A stretch of DNA of 64,000 nt from Eledone cirrhosa (taxonomy: Eukaryota): positions 27,980-91,979 of the forward strand of contig CAXHJY010001088.1 of the NCBI GenBank assembly GCA_964016885.1, read 5' to 3'. A program made the position numbers and the translations under genes. Below, one piece after another: positions 43,996-58,505 of this stretch. Every line of letters starts with the position of its first letter. Within the stretch, counting starts at the first letter, position 1. The notes beneath the pieces are model-generated. The model saw nothing but the letters and a program-made list of their open reading frames with translations. It was not told the DNA's origin and made no database searches.

Positions 43996-44533
43996 CAACA
44001 TGAGGTGAATTTATCTTTATCTTTGACATTGTCATTGAGTGTCCAGATATTTCAGACTCTCCTCCAGAATTCTATACTCCATCTAACATATCGAAAAGCA
44101 ACCAGGTCTAAACTTAAGGAGTGATAGCCGAGGCGGTGGTTTTGCGAAAGAGATTGGTAAGAGAAACATATTATAAGCCGCTGAATTATGATTGGACCAA
44201 ATAATAATGGTGGCGGGGAGGGATCTGGAGGAGTTAGCGAGAAGGTTATTTTATAATATAATCCTAGAAATTCGGCCATAATTAAACGAGCATATAACAG
44301 TAATCAGAGTTTAAATACAAGTAGAAGATTGTTTTGAAGGTCTGACAGAATTATCGAATAACATTGAAAAGATTGGATTCTAAGTTAAATGGATGATATA
44401 ATACTGATAGGCGAATGGACTAAGAACATGGAGAGACAAGAAAATAGGGTGAATACATTACATTTCTCAAAAACAAGCGTTTGGCCAAGATTAGGGATAG
44501 ACAAACTCTGAGATTTGTAGCTCACAACAGGTC

Positions 44534-44569
<36 letters not shown>

Positions 44570-44617
44570 TCCCACCCTTGCAAGCAGGTAAAAAGCGGAC
44601 GTAAAATGAAATGAATA

Positions 44618-44823
44618 TATATTGTTATGCTTTGGGAGGGTCATGTTGCCAATAAGAAACACACGCACCAGTTGCTTTCACTCCAATTTATTATAAATTA
44701 AAGAATTTATAAATTTCCGGTTGGTTGGTTGGTTCCACAACCGGATGGTTGTTCATATATTGTAAAAGTTCTTTCGTCACACATTCTGTGACCTCTTCAG
44801 TGAGAATCTTGCTAAACAAATTC
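44618..44823 (-). mobile_element. PLE pLTR fragment with HHR remnant (44762-44804) and 21-bp inverted terminus
   Basis: Matches 36497-36688; 44803-44823 is the reverse complement of 36450-36470. Confidence 0.75.
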
Positions 44824-45212
44824 AGAAATGATATATATATATATATAAAATTGCAAGAAACAAAGCAGGCTGTGTGGTTACTGTAAACAAGTTTAAGATG
44901 GTAATATGGACATTGAAATCGATCAGCAGCGCGCCCAAGACCTTTTATCTATCAAAAGGCCCTGAGGGGAAGAAAAAATAAGATAGTGAAGAGAGTGGAA
45001 GAAAGAGAAAAGGAAAGAGGAAAAAAAACGATGTAAACTAACTGAATGGAGTGGGGACACAGGCACATGCAAGTGTACTCACTCCGAGGAGAAAATAGAA
45101 AAAGTTAAAATGAACCGATTGGACTTAAAAGTCCTGTGGTCAACATAACCGCGGAACGAGGATTTTCCGTGCGATCTCAGCCAAGTGAGTGTAGATAGAG
45201 AGAGATATAGAC

Positions 45213-45853
45213 GGAGAAACCGAACTAAGTGAGAAATTAGGAATAAGAGGGATCAGATGCTGTTTACTTGAAAGAAGATTACGTTGGTATGGTCATGTGA
45301 TAAGCATGAAAGAGGACAGCTGTATAAAAAAGTGCTGGGCGATCAGAATTGATGGAAGTTACAGAGTAGGTTGATCCAGAAAAACCTGCAACATCATATA
45401 AAATCCGACCTTGCACACTTACACCTCTCTAAGACGAACCGCCTTCCCTATGTGCAAAGTTAACCTACAGTCAGTAGGTCCATTCTAACCAAATATACAC
45501 CCCAACCCACTACCCCTACTCCATCCTCCCAATCCCACCAACACTACCCTTTCTCTATAAAGTTATGTTGGTACCACAACATCCAGTCCAAACTAAAGAG
45601 GTCGTGTAGGTGTCACGACAAAAAAATACAGTCCACACTGTAGTGTGGTCATTTAGATAACACGGTAAAAAGCTTCCAGTCCACACTGTAAATGTGGTTG
45701 GTGTTGGGAAGAGCATCCAGTCATAGAAAACCTGTCAGATAGTCCTATACGAGCGAGACATGGTCACCCGATCAATCTTGCCTAAAGCGGGACAATTCCC
45801 GTCTAACCCATGCTAGCATGGAAGATAGACGTTAAACGATGATGATGATGATG
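45213..45853 (+). mobile_element. Degenerate RTE 3' fragment
   Basis: [26 protein letters not shown]-like coding, 3' UTR, (GAT)n. Confidence 0.85.
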
Positions 45854-46496
45854 AAACTAAGAAAGTGCGGTAAGAAATCAGGTGAACCCTAACGTACCAG
45901 AGTACTCAATACTTAGTGTAGTAAAGTGGGTAATGGGAAATAGTCGGGGCCCCAATGGCTGAGCTCCGGCCGTTTCGACAGCTAGATCCGAACTAATCCA
46001 GCAGTATTAGGATGGCAAGGACCTAGCTGAACTTATCAAGGGGTACAGTACATATATGGGCTTGCAATCAAAACAAAAAAAGCAGAAGTATCAAATCAAA
46101 CAATCCTAAAAATTTGTTGTTTTTCTTATCTGTCACAGGGAGCTGTTAATGATTTTGGGATGTCATGTACATGGTTAAATTCCTTCATAATGGGGGGGGG
46201 GGGGGGGGGGCTGAACTGGCTTGTAGAACAAAGGAGAGAGAGTAAGATGACATTCTAACCTGTGGGTACCAAGCCGGTCAGCCATTAAGAGAGAAATCTT
46301 TACAACTATCTCTAATGGGGGTAAAGAAAGTAAATTCAGCATAGGAAGGCTGTTAGAGTGAAAGTAAATATGGCAGGTCTAACAGTTAGCGAAAGAGCAA
46401 AGCATATAGTTATTAATACTAATTAAATTCCTAATAAACAAAATTTAGTTATCAGTTACTCTAATGCACGGGAATAGCACCTCAATACAGTAATTT

Positions 46497-46895
46497 ACTA
46501 GTATTGTCTATTGAAGTCGCCTGCAATAATGATGAAGTTACCATTTCTGGTTTGGGAGGTTGCACTTATTAGGTCTTTTTGTTCATTTGGCAGTCCGGAT
46601 TTGGGTGCATAAACTGAAATGATTGATATCATTGTTGTATTTAGGATGAGCCTAAGTGTAATGATTCTGTCATTTATGCTATTTACTGCTATTACCTTGT
46701 CCACCCATTTTTCTGCTAGCATAATACCCACTCTACTTAAAATGTTGTTTTCTGCTTACTAAGAGTCTGGAAGATTCTCCTCTCCGCTTGGTCTCTTGTA
46801 TACAGCATACATCAACTTTCTTTCACTCAAGCATCTTCACAATCTCATCTGACCTACCTTTCAGCGTCCCTTGTTGATAGTTGGAGCTCTGAAGT
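46497..46895 (-). mobile_element. Degenerate RTE APE fragment
   Basis: GIMLAEKWVDKVI...SVYAPKSG...IIAGDFN. Confidence 0.8.
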
Positions 46896-47759
46896 CTTGG
46901 AAAGGGAGAACTGTGTGCCTAGGGGAGGAGGTTGGTGTTGGCTTTTCGCATCTGAAAAACATATATATGATGATGACGATGCTATTATATATATATTCTG
47001 TTTATCACAGGATCATATATATATATATATATACATATGCACAAGCGCTATGAATCTGGGATTACATTATCCCAATATGTCCTTCCTTCTCTTATAAGAG
47101 ATAGTACAGTATAATTCAAGATAAATTAGACGCACCTCAGTTGACTTGGGTTTCTATTGAGATATAATCAGCTGTATCAACTCCAGCACCTTACTGGTAT
47201 TGATTTAGTCAACTCCGGAGAGATGAAAGGTAAAAATGTCAACCGACTCTGGTGAGATTTGAACACATTACGTAATGGAGTCTTGAAACAAAAACTATAT
47301 TCTAAACAATACTTAAAACCTTTTAAATATCAAAATAATAAAACTTCATAAACTGCACCATCAAAACATGATGTGTTGATTCCTTGGCTTATAAATAGGG
47401 TTTGGATTTTTGCCAATTTCTCAGGCATAAAATAGAGAGGTTGGCTTATATTCAGATCAGCTTATATTTGAGTACTCTCAGATCTTGAAAAATCATAAGA
47501 CTCATTAACTTTTAAGATTTTTTCCAACCTCCCCGCTTATTAAATTTTGCTAATCTATGGCAAAATGTTATTGTAAGTGATTCATATCAATACAGCAGTC
47601 GGAGAATATAATAATTATATTTTACATTAAAAACCATTATTTACAAACGTACACTATACATTTAACCAAATTTCCTCCCCATTTATTCCACCCTAACCCT
47701 GCTTATAAGAATTTAAGCAACTATCCCCCCCCCCCCCTATTATTTGGGACCTGGAAGTG

Positions 47760-48240
47760 TATACGATAACTCTCAACATCCTGTAAAGATTTAGTAGAAA
47801 ATATCTTTTTAAAAAATGGCTTTGTTAATTCAAACATTTATATTTTTACTACTAGACAAATCATGAAAATTATCGTGAAATTATCTTTTAACATCTTGTA
47901 ATGATTTAGCAGAAGATATCTAAAAATTAGTTTGTTAATTCAAATGTTTCTAGTATCTTTACAGGTGGACAGATCATTGTGGAAATTTGTAATTTTTAAT
48001 ATGATGCATAGTAGTTTTATACTTTTCATGAATGATTTGCTAATGTGGTTTTATGTGGTTAGTTAATTCAAACATTTATACTATCTTTACTAATGGACAG
48101 ATTGTTGTGAAAATTTGCAAAATTAGAGTAATAACTTAATTGTTAATCCAAATGCTTGTAATATCTTCATTAGTAGACAGATTATTGTGAAAAACTTTTA
48201 ATTTTCAAGAATGTTTTGTTAATATGGTTTCATGTGGTAC
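47760..48240. repeat. Degenerate tandem repeat (~80-130 bp spacing, 4 units)
   Basis: GTTAATTCAAA...TCTTTAC...GACAGAT core recurs near 47823, 47933, 48062, 48142. Confidence 0.55.
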
Positions 48241-49214
48241 TGGATGTTAAGAGTGAGGTAAATTGCGCCAGTAAATGTCTGTTATTTCTATAATAGAACT
48301 GTTACATCATGCTGGAAACAAGCTATAAGTCAACAGTCTTTCTTTGTCTTGCTTGTCTGACATACTATCAGCTCAGCCAACTGATTACTCCGTTCTCTGG
48401 GGTCCTGGTATATATAAGACTCCCTATTTCAAATCGTAGTCAGTATTATTTTGTTTTTATACTCCCCCAACTCATTTTGGTGCCATGATGAAAAGCACCC
48501 AGCCCACACTGTAAAGAGGTTGGCATTAGGAAGGGCACCCAGTCATAGAAACAAAGCCAATATACAGATCTATATGAGCAAAACGTGAGTCACCTGATCT
48601 GACTTGTTTCATAACATGAACACCTCACTAACCCATACAAGCATGGAAAATTAGATGTTCAACAATGATGATGAAGATATTGCCTTTGATTTTGGTTCCT
48701 CCATTAATTGGTCCAGTAAAACCATTTTAATCCCCCAGCCACGAACCCACCAAACAACACACATTTTATATAACCTGTCTTTATATTATCCTCTTCATCT
48801 GTCACCCTTGTGGCAAATAAAAAAAATCATTATTCCTGAAAATGAGTACCAGCAATAGCTTGGGATTTAACCATGTGATAGACTGGTATCCTGTCTGTCT
48901 TGTGGGAAGTCATGTACTCTCAGTTGCTTGGCACCATGGAAACTGGGATAAGCCTGATGAGCTTCTGGGTTCAAGATAGAATTTTAGACAGAAAATACTG
49001 GAGTTGATGTCATCAACTTTCCTCTACCACCAAATTATTGGCCTTGTGTCTAAAGTAGGAATCATTATTGTTCGGCGGTGGGGGGCAAAATCATTAGAGT
49101 ATCAGACAAAATACTCTGCGGCATTTTAATTAGAAACAACTATTTCAATAAATAAACAATAAATAACCGAGAAATAAAGAAATCACTATTTCCTCTGTAT
49201 GGTGGCTCTGGTGA

Positions 49215-49246
<32 letters not shown>

Positions 49247-49733
49247 GGTGATCACCACAGTTAAAAGTGTTGAGGGATGATCTTTTCCTCTCTGGCCAAT
49301 CCATCACCAACTTCATCAAAGTACCACTAGAAGAGGAAGGTGTTTTCCCCTTGCCCACATACTTACCAGTGTGTTTTATAAAAGGTGAGTGAGTGTAGCA
49401 AGATTAACAAGTCTTAATAGAAAGCAAGAAACTGGTGGGAGGGCACATTTAATGCTTTGATATGATGAGTATCTGGAACTTTGTATGAGGCTTTCTTCCC
49501 CTAATTAATCGAGGTTGTTTTGCCCCTATTGTGGATTTTTTTGTTGAAATGTTACTGTTATCTATTGTTTTTGTTGATTCCACCTTTTTATTAAATGTGA
49601 ATTTCTAAAATGTTGTTTTTCACCATGACACTATTCCCAGCGTTTTTTACCCTTTTAGCAAATAAAACTCCCATCCAACCCATACAAGTATAGACAAGAG
49701 GGCATAAAATGGTGATGATGATGATGAAAACAT

Positions 49734-51630
49734 ATCATTCATCATCATCACCATTTAACGTTCATTTTTTCCATGCTAGCATGGGTTAGACAAGTTGTCC
49801 AGATGTAAGCCAAACCAGAGCAGATGACCTGCTCCAGCTCACGCTGGACCAATTTTGACTTGGTTTTTATGGCAGGATGCCCTTCCTAATGCCAACCACA
49901 TTTACAGTGTGGACTGTGCTTTTAATTGTGACACCTACATAGCCACTTTACAGTGTGGACTGGGGTGGGGCACTTATCAGGTGAAGGGGGATCAGGGGGA
50001 GGGGTGTGTTAGGGCATTGGGGTTGTATGGAAAAGGGAGTTAAGGGAGAGTAGTGCATACTAGATGTATGCTTCAACCTGTGCACATGGGAAGGCAGGTT
50101 CTCTGTATTACTGCATAACCCCAAAGATCACAATCCTGTGTCATCACCTTTGAGAGGTGTAATTGTACAAGATCAGCTTTTATCACCTCATCCCAAGTCT
50201 TCCTACTCCATAGCTTCCATCAACATTGAGTGTCCTGTACCTTTTTATAGAATAGTCATCTTTCATAGACATCAAATGGCCATACCAATGAAATCTCATC
50301 TCCTACACACTGCATCTGATCCCTCTTATGCCCAGTTTCTCTCTCAGTTTGTTTATGCTTTGCCTTTCATATATATTACTATTACACATTCATCGAAGCA
50401 TGCCAGCTTAATTTCTTTCCAATATTCGGAGGTCTTCTGCACACAGCCCCCAGGTATCACCCCCATGTAACATTGCTGTTTGTATATAGGCATCATACAA
50501 TCTGCCCTTCATTTTGAGGAAAAAACTTTTTGTACTTAGCAGCAATAGTAGCTCCTTGAACTTTTTCCATCTCATACTCACTCTCTCTACCATACTTTCG
50601 GCACACCCACCTCCATGGCTTATTTCATCACCCAGGTAGCAGAAGCTGTCAACTGCTTCTACAGAACCTTCCAAGAATAGCACTTGTTTCCTGTGAGTGT
50701 GTGTTACTTACTGCTCCTGTGCAATGGCCACAAGTAAAACCTACATTCTTAGCTAAACTACCCGAGATACCACTACATCTCTTCTGTACCCATAGCTTGC
50801 ATTTGGGACAGAGGATGGAATTTCTACCCACCCCTTTCCTACACACTGAGCAGGGCCATTTCCCAGAAGGGATTAGGGCTTTATTTTCCTTACTACTTAC
50901 TAGAACTTTGGTCTTTGCCAAGTTGACTTTAAGGCCTTTTTATTCCAGGTTATGCTTCCAGGTCAGGAATTTTTTTCTAGTTCTATCATAGATTCAACTA
51001 TGAGAGTTAGATCATCAACATACAGGGGTTCCCAAGGGTATCCTGTTTTAAACTCTTCTGTTATAGCCTGGAGGACAATAATAAAGAGGAGAATGCTAAG
51101 GACGGAACCCGCTGGTTGCACATTAAACTCCTCGCTATAGTCCTTATTAACTTTAACCTTACTGACAGCACCTCTGTACATGGCTTGTACTTCCCTCACT
51201 AGCCACTCTTCTACACCTAGTTTCTGAAGTGCCCACCAGAGAACCCTGTCAAAGTTTTTCTCTAGTCAACAAATGCTAAGTCTCTCATAATGACACTTCC
51301 ATGAAGTCTTCTTTTCGGTTTCAGCGAGGGCACTATTGTTATCGCAAACACATCACTATTTTCCCAGACACACTGTCTTGCGATCCTGAACACCTTGCGC
51401 TTTTGGTCATCATGTCGTATAACATGCATAAATGTTTTATTTTCTGCTTCCCTCCTTGCAATGTATACTTGTTGCCTGCCTTGCCTCTCTCCTTGCCACT
51501 AGGTAAAGCTCTTTGGTAACTCCATTCTTTCCATGCATGTCTCTTAGCCTTAATTGTTTCATCCACACTACTATTCCACTGCCAAGTCACTTTCCTACTT
51601 GCTGAACTCCTGCTCCAGCCACATACCCAT
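49734..51630 (-). mobile_element. Old, deleted RTE LINE copy
   Basis: ORF pieces 50408-50683, 50649-50921, 50963-51199, 51339-51665 homologous to the RTE RT and PHD-like insert. Confidence 0.88.
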
Positions 51631-53065
51631 TTTAAAGGATTCCTATTTAAATTAAAATCTTCCAATATAATTTTATATAAGAACCATATGATATGTTGTA
51701 AATACGATCTTAATAATGGTCTCTATGGCTGGACACCCTTCCTAACTCCAATCACATTTACAGTGTGGGCTGGGGACTTGGATGGGGGAGGTGGTTGTGG
51801 AGGTAGATCTAGATATGTGTGTGAGGGGGCAGGGTGTTCAGGCATAAGTGGAGTGTTAGGACAGGGGGGGTGCAAGAGGAGGAGGGACATGGGGAGAGTT
51901 TTTAGGGCATGGAGGTGTATGGAATTTAGTAAATCCCTTCAAATTCTTCATGAAATATAGTGTATTTTATTAGAAATATGGTGCTGCAAGAGTTAAAATG
52001 AATTCTGCTATCCAACTCCAAATAGATGTGTGCAGTTTTTTAGGAGCCATTTGCTAAACTTTTAGCAAAGAGCAACAAACTGGAGAGTGAATTTCAAACC
52101 ATACGTACATGTGCACATGCATGCAACAACTCTCAACCAGAGTACTGAGACTCACAGAGGAAATGATGCAGGAACACAAGTAGAGAGATGCCTCATCTGA
52201 AAATCATCCATCCAACCCATGCAAGCATGGAAAAACGGATGAAAAAAATGACCATGATGTGAAAAGACAATTTCAGCAGATGATGTGGCATGGCAGCCAT
52301 GTTGCGTTGTTTTGTGAGCACCATATCTCTGGGATAGGATGGTCTGCTTTATCAGCTGTCTTTCTATATGCCAGGCTTGTTCTCTACTGTCTTGGTGACA
52401 GACTGGGATTATTCCCAGTTGTGTGAGCTGTGGGGAGTGGTGATGCTGCAGAGGAATGACCCTAACAAAGAGAATGTGACAGAACTTCAGGCCTGTAACT
52501 CTACTAAACACAGAGTTGAAGATTTTAGGTATTCCCCAAAAGGTTGGTACTTCTTATTGGTGGGGCTGTTGAGGACACACAGCTGTGTGATCCTTAATGA
52601 CCGTCATCTTGTGCAATACATCATAGAGTGGGTCAGGAATAAATTTGGCTTCAACAGGATCATCATGAATCAGTCTGAAGTTTTTGCCAGGTTTGATCAT
52701 CGCTATCTCGAAGCTGTCATATGAGCAGTTAGTTGTGGTCAATACAATATACAATAGCATCTGTTCAGTAACCAAACCTGTTCTGTACTGTTAAGTATTT
52801 GATCAAACAGTGATAACGTAGGGTAGAGAGAACTCTTTAGTCTTGTTGAGGATATAACAACCTCTCTTATGTTTGTGTCTTGGAAAAATGCACCCAGTGC
52901 ACTCTGTAAAGTGGTTGGGATTAGGAAGAGCATCCAGCTGTAGAAACCATGTCAAAATGGAACATACAAGTGAGATGTGATCCTCCAACCTGTTTAGGAA
53001 GGCAACAAATCTGAAATAAGAACTGATTTGGATCCTAACAACTGTCTAGCCCATGCAAGAATGGA

Positions 53066-53530
53066 AATCATCATCATTATTCTATGTCTGTTATTCCACG
53101 CTTGCATGGATTGGAAGGGTCCTCATCAGTACAGCATAACTCCACTTGTTACATTCCTTTGTTATCTCCTCCATGAGCTTTAGCAATCTGAGGTCAGCTC
53201 TAACCACTTCCATCCAGGTCTTCCTTTGCTGCAATTTTTCCTTCCACTGGGATTAATTGGCACTTCTTCACCCAGCGATCATCATCCATACACATCAAAT
53301 GTCCATACCAGCACAGCCACCTCTCCTGCACACTACTTATTCTTCTTATACCTATTTTTTCCCTCATGCTTTGTCCGTTCTCACACATTACACATCCATT
53401 GAAGCATGCTTACTTCAATTCTCTCCAGCCTCTGCTTTCACTGCCCATGTCCCACTACCATGCAGCATAGCACCTTGCACACAGGTGTCATACAACCATC
53501 CTTTCATTTGTAGGGAGAAACCTATGTACA
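53066..53530 (-). mobile_element. Old RTE 3' fragment
   Basis: REKIGIRRISSVQERWLCWYGHLMCM. Confidence 0.75.
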
Positions 53531-53862
53531 AGAGTTGACTGAAAAGTTCAGAGGCTGATTATGAAGGAGTGATGCTAGAGCTGTGAAATCTTGCATGCAT
53601 TAATTTAAACTATTCTTATTAATAACTACATTGTTTCTTTTCAGTCTATCTTGAAAAAAACCTCATTTGGTCATTCCATGAGAGTGTCTTGGTGAGCCTA
53701 TCAACTTTTCAGCCAACCCTCGTAAAATGATGATGATGATGATTAAAAATTAAACATTTACCAATATATATTTACAATATTTTTCTAACATGATTTACTT
53801 GTTAAATATCAGTGTAATAATGTTTTATATATAGTTTTGTTTCTTTCTAAACTGTTTTTCAG

Positions 53863-53924
53863 GTCTGACCACAGCAAGAAGACAGCTTCTTAAGAGACTG
53901 AGCCAACAGGCAGTGTGGCGCTGT
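53863..53924 (+). other. Candidate spliced exon (possibly 5' UTR of the zinc-finger gene)
   Basis: Polypyrimidine tract + TTTTTCAG|G acceptor at 53862; GTAAGC donor at 53925; GC-richer than flanks. Confidence 0.4.
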
Positions 53925-54595
53925 GTAAGCTGTATTTCAATGGCATCAACAATATACTGTTTGACAAAACCACCACATATAGTAAAACAACTACAGACAT
54001 ATATATATATCCATGTGCTAATCTGATGTGATGTTTAGTTTGTTGCTCGACAGCCTCACGACACTGGTAACACACACACATGTCCTTCATTGTTCAGATT
54101 GTCCAGCTGTTTTCATTCAGACCCATTCAGTCTCCACTGTCCATTCTGCAACCTAACAAAAGAATTAATAATTAATAAACCCCATGGATTCTTTACTATC
54201 TTTAGGACTATATTATCTAATGTGTCCTTAAAGGCAGCAGAGTGTGATTTGTGGTAGATTTAGCTGCTATATTTAGCAGGTTTAGCAACACCCCTAAAAT
54301 TCCATTAAGAGTTAAATAATCAATCAGTAGCCCATGGATTATTTAGTATTACACCAAGACATTATGTACCCGTTTGGTGCATTTAATGTTTACCAATATA
54401 TTGGATGAATGTTGCATCTAATGAACATAACAACATAAGTCACATTCGTTACATGTCAAGAAGTATAGACTTACTAATATAATAAGTGGTTATTATGTAT
54501 AAGTGTGTGTGCATGTGTGTGTGTATGTGTATGTTTGTATAACTGTGTGTATGCGTGTTTCTGTCATTGTGTATGTATATGTGTGTCTGTGTGTG

Positions 54596-54643
54596 GATCA
54601 AGAGATTAATGATTGTTTTGATCAAGAGATTAATGATTGTTTT
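54596..54643. repeat. 24-bp perfect tandem duplication
   Basis: GATCAAGAGATTAATGATTGTTTT x2. Confidence 0.9.
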
Positions 54644-55789
54644 GGATCAAAGGAGAATTCATTTATAGAAAGCTGACCCACAAAAAAAAGAAACTGCATT
54701 GAACTTAAGTAAACACGCACACATATATATATATACATACATATATACATGATTCTGTTTCACAAATTTATTGGAATACATTTATTAGTTTACAGTATTT
54801 TTTAAACAATTTAAAAAATATATATTGGATGTTTGCAGAAGAAAACTGAAACACACACAAAAAAAACAAAAAAAAAAAACATTAAAGAATTTTTTTTCTG
54901 GGAACCATTTTCGAATTTGGAGAGAATTTTTTCTAAACCCAAATCACCCAAAAATGTTTATATCAATTTCTTCTTTTGTGTGCCAAATGTAAAAAAAAAA
55001 AATTTCTTCTGTGATATTACATACAATTTGTATTAGTTACTCTTTTAATTATTATTTAATAGGTGTGCTTTATATTTTATTTGAAATTTTTTTTTTCATT
55101 AATTAATTTTTTTATTAATATATATAAAGACGCCATCCCCCCTACCAATCCTTCCTCAACAATTTCTTCCATTTATATCTCTCTTACCCAATATTCCACA
55201 TACATTTTAAATTATTTTGTTGATTCAGTTTCAAATTCTAATTTCAAAGGGTTTCTATTTTTTAATGTGGATTACAATTAAGAATCTTTCTCTAATGTTA
55301 CATTATGGTTTACTGTGTAAAATAAGCTTAGGTGTGTCATTTTTAAGTGGACATGTGTAATTTTAAGCTGTAGATGTGTAATTTAAAGATCTAAGTGCAT
55401 AATTTAATATTTTCTTCCATTTTATTTTTATTATCCCTCTTCTATATTGTCATTATAGTTCACTAAAACAAAACCAAAAAAATTTCCGAAACAAAACATA
55501 CAGTCCTTTCTTAAAATGTCACCAACACTTGTATATATTTTTTAGATAGATAGATATATATATATAGAAAGACAGAGAAAAAACTGACTTTTCCTTTCAA
55601 CTCAAATAACTCAACCTGTTGCTTCTTTCTTTTCTTTTCTTATAATTTTCAAAGCACACAAAACAAATGTAAAGTTATATAGGTCTAAAATGTGTTTCAA
55701 GTTCTGTTTTGAAACTTCTCTATAAATCCTCAAACCAAACTGACGACAGTGAAGACATGTTGCTTCTTCATACAAAATGAACAGATAAA

Positions 55790-55865
<76 letters not shown>

Positions 55866-56335
55866 GTATAGAAAAGCAAAAGAAAAAAATGCCAAATATC
55901 TTCTGGGAACAGTATTCTCTGATGTTACCCATGATGCAATATTGTACTTCAACTAGCAGCCCTCTTATAGATTTAGGTTACTCACACTAAACTATACCAG
56001 CTTTTGCTTGTCAGGGTGAGGTTGACTTGAGACAAACATAATTTCAGTTAGATCATTAAATACCTCCCCTTTACTACTTTTTTGGGGGGTTGTCATTTTA
56101 TGGTGTCTGTTGAAGTATTTGACGACCATTTAATGTTGTAATTGTTGTAGAGGTGGTTGTTGTTGTGGTTGTTGTTGTTGTAGTTGATGTCATTGTTGTC
56201 AGTGTTGTTGTGATTGTCGTGGTCGTTGTTTGAAACCAAAAGGAAAAATATAATTCTTGAATTAATTCATCAATTAATTCAGAAATATTTAAAAGGTTTA
56301 AACATTTACATTTATAAATATATATATACATATAT

Positions 56336-56388
<53 letters not shown>

Positions 56389-56413
56389 GTTTTTGTGAGT
56401 GAAAGTTGGCCTC

Positions 56414-57445
56414 ATGTTTCCAATGCAGCCAATGTATAGTGGTGGCATGGGTCACCATCACCACCACCACCATCACCATCACCACCACCACCATCACGGT
56501 AACCAGGGCGACAATAGTGCACCAAACAACAGTAACAGCCAACAGGCACAGCCATTGCCTCCTCCCCAACAGCAGCAACCACCACCACCACCACCACAGC
56601 CACACCAGTTCAGCTGTGATGTTTGTGGTGACAACTTCCAGACATTCGACCAACTCAAGGCACACAAGCGAGACCATTTTGAAAGCAAGAACTTCAAGTG
56701 TGACATATGCGGCGAAAACTTCCCGCTGTATGACCAGCTGAAGGCACACAAAAAGTCTGCACACACTGAATCGAAATCGTACCCTTGTGATACCTGTAAA
56801 AAAATCTTTAATCACATCTCAACTCTCCGTAATCACATGCGGACACACACAGGTGAGAAGCCGTTCCAGTGTGAAATTTGCCAGAAATGTTTTAGTCAAA
56901 GAGGAAACCTGAAAATACACAGGCGTCGCCATACTGGTGAGAAACCATTCCAGTGTGACATCTGCTGGAAGTCGTTCAGCCAAAAGGGGAATTTGAAGAC
57001 ACACGTGCGCAACCACGCCCACAAAAAAAGCTTCTGCTGCGACCTCTGTGGCAAAGTTTTTATGCATCGGTCAATATTGAAATGCCATGAGAAAGCCCAT
57101 CAGGTGCAGCGGTTGTCATCGCTGAATCCAAATGCTGGTGCAACATCTCCGACATCACCACCCACGTCTTCATCTTCATCATCTTCTGCCCGAACGGGAG
57201 GAGTCAACAATACCGGTAACGCTGGCAACGCTGGCGAAAAGGGTGTTGGCTACTACTCTAACACGTCACCATTCGGTGGAGACCAACATAATCATGGTCC
57301 GCCAAGCTCGCATGGACACCATGCGGCCAGTGGCAATACAGGAAGCGGGGCAAGGTCAGGTCAAAGGCCAAACCCACAGACACAGCTTCACCCAAACCCA
57401 AATTCAACCGAACCCAATAATCCAAATTCTTCAGTATTCGTCTAA
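56414..57445 (+). CDS. C2H2 zinc-finger protein (6 fingers; N-terminal His15 and Gln/Pro tracts)
   Basis: Six CxxC-x12-Hx3-4H units, two TGEKPF linkers, uninterrupted ORF; first ATG at 56414 (the track starts at GTG 56399). Confidence 0.93.
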   Translation: MFPMQPMYSGGMGHHHHHHHHHHHHHHHGNQGDNSAPNNSNSQQAQPLPPPQQQQPPPPPPQPHQFSCDVCGDNFQTFDQLKAHKRDHFESKNFKCDICGENFPLYDQLKAHKKSAHTESKSYPCDTCKKIFNHISTLRNHMRTHTGEKPFQCEICQKCFSQRGNLKIHRRRHTGEKPFQCDICWKSFSQKGNLKTHVRNHAHKKSFCCDLCGKVFMHRSILKCHEKAHQVQRLSSLNPNAGATSPTSPPTSSSSSSSARTGGVNNTGNAGNAGEKGVGYYSNTSPFGGDQHNHGPPSSHGHHAASGNTGSGARSGQRPNPQTQLHPNPNSTEPNNPNSSVFV

Positions 57446-58133
57446 ATTTCAGGCTCCCTCCTCCTCCTTTTAGCCCAACCCACCTATCCCTCCTTGTTGC
57501 TATGCTACAATGTCAATGAGGAGGGGGTGAAGTAGGGGCTCTTATTACACTCCACACTGATACACACACACAGGCAGTCACCGAACTCCATCAAAATGAG
57601 ATGGGGGGGAAAAGACAAAAAGAAAAGCGCGCAAATTTAGACTGGGTGGAGTGATGGGTGTAAGTAATATGTGGAGATAGTCCTATAAAACTCTTGTGGA
57701 TATCTCTATCTTCTGTGTTCTATCTTTGCACATTGTCAGAAATGTCCCATTATTGCACTTCAATGTCATTACTACATTGCCCAATGTTAGTGGAAGTATT
57801 TGCAAAGTATTTTGCCAAGCTCATAGCAACGAGGTATGTACGAATATATGTGTCACTGTAGAAAAAAAAGAAGTTACTGTGAAACATAACGAAATATTGA
57901 TCAGTTACATATTTGTGGTATATTTTTTTTTATTCACTTAACTACTTATTTTATTTTATTCATTTTTACTTATTTATTATCATTTTATTTTATTTCTCCA
58001 TTTTCTACATCTTGACAAATTCCTCTTCCATTGCAGCGTGTGTTTCTTTCTTCCATACACTAATTTTCACTCTATCAATGAAGGTGTGCTACAAGGCTTA
58101 GTTTTATCTTCAGTCCTCTTTTTTTCCTGTACA

Positions 58134-58387
58134 TTAACCCTTTCGCTACTATCTTTTTAACAGTATATTTATACTGTCTTTTGTGTTTTAATTATTGGAG
58201 TAATCAACAATTGTGAGAAATTCAGCGAAATAATTAATTTTTAACTCAATAATAACAGACAAATATTTAATTACTGAATTCTAATATTATCTGTCGTGTA
58301 GTAATAGCGATTTCAGTCCAAGATTGGATTTAAGTTTGATCATTTTAACATGGGGGGCTTTTGCTGGGTTAGTCTTTAAAGGGTTAA
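58134..58387. mobile_element. piggyBac-type MITE
   Basis: TTAA-CCCTTT ... AAAGGG-TTAA termini, ~246 bp non-coding interior. Confidence 0.65.
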
Positions 58388-58403
58388 TTAATTAGTGACT
58401 TTC

Positions 58404-58505
58404 GTGAGGTTACCTCCAGCTATACACGACCTGAAACCAATGGCACCACATTGCATGAGATTGCCTCCAGCTATACACGATCTTAAGTCAATGGCACCAC
58501 ATTGC
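58404..58505. repeat. 51-bp tandem duplication
   Basis: (G/A)TGAG.TT.CCTCCAGCTATACACGA...CAATGGCACCACATTGC x2. Confidence 0.85.

Noticed and set aside
47380-47760. Tc1/pogo-like MITE ends (also ~62730-63310)
   Set aside because: Terminal inverted repeats too degenerate to define by eye
52368-52775. Short ORFs on both strands
   Set aside because: No recognisable motif; possibly very old TE debris, cannot be supported
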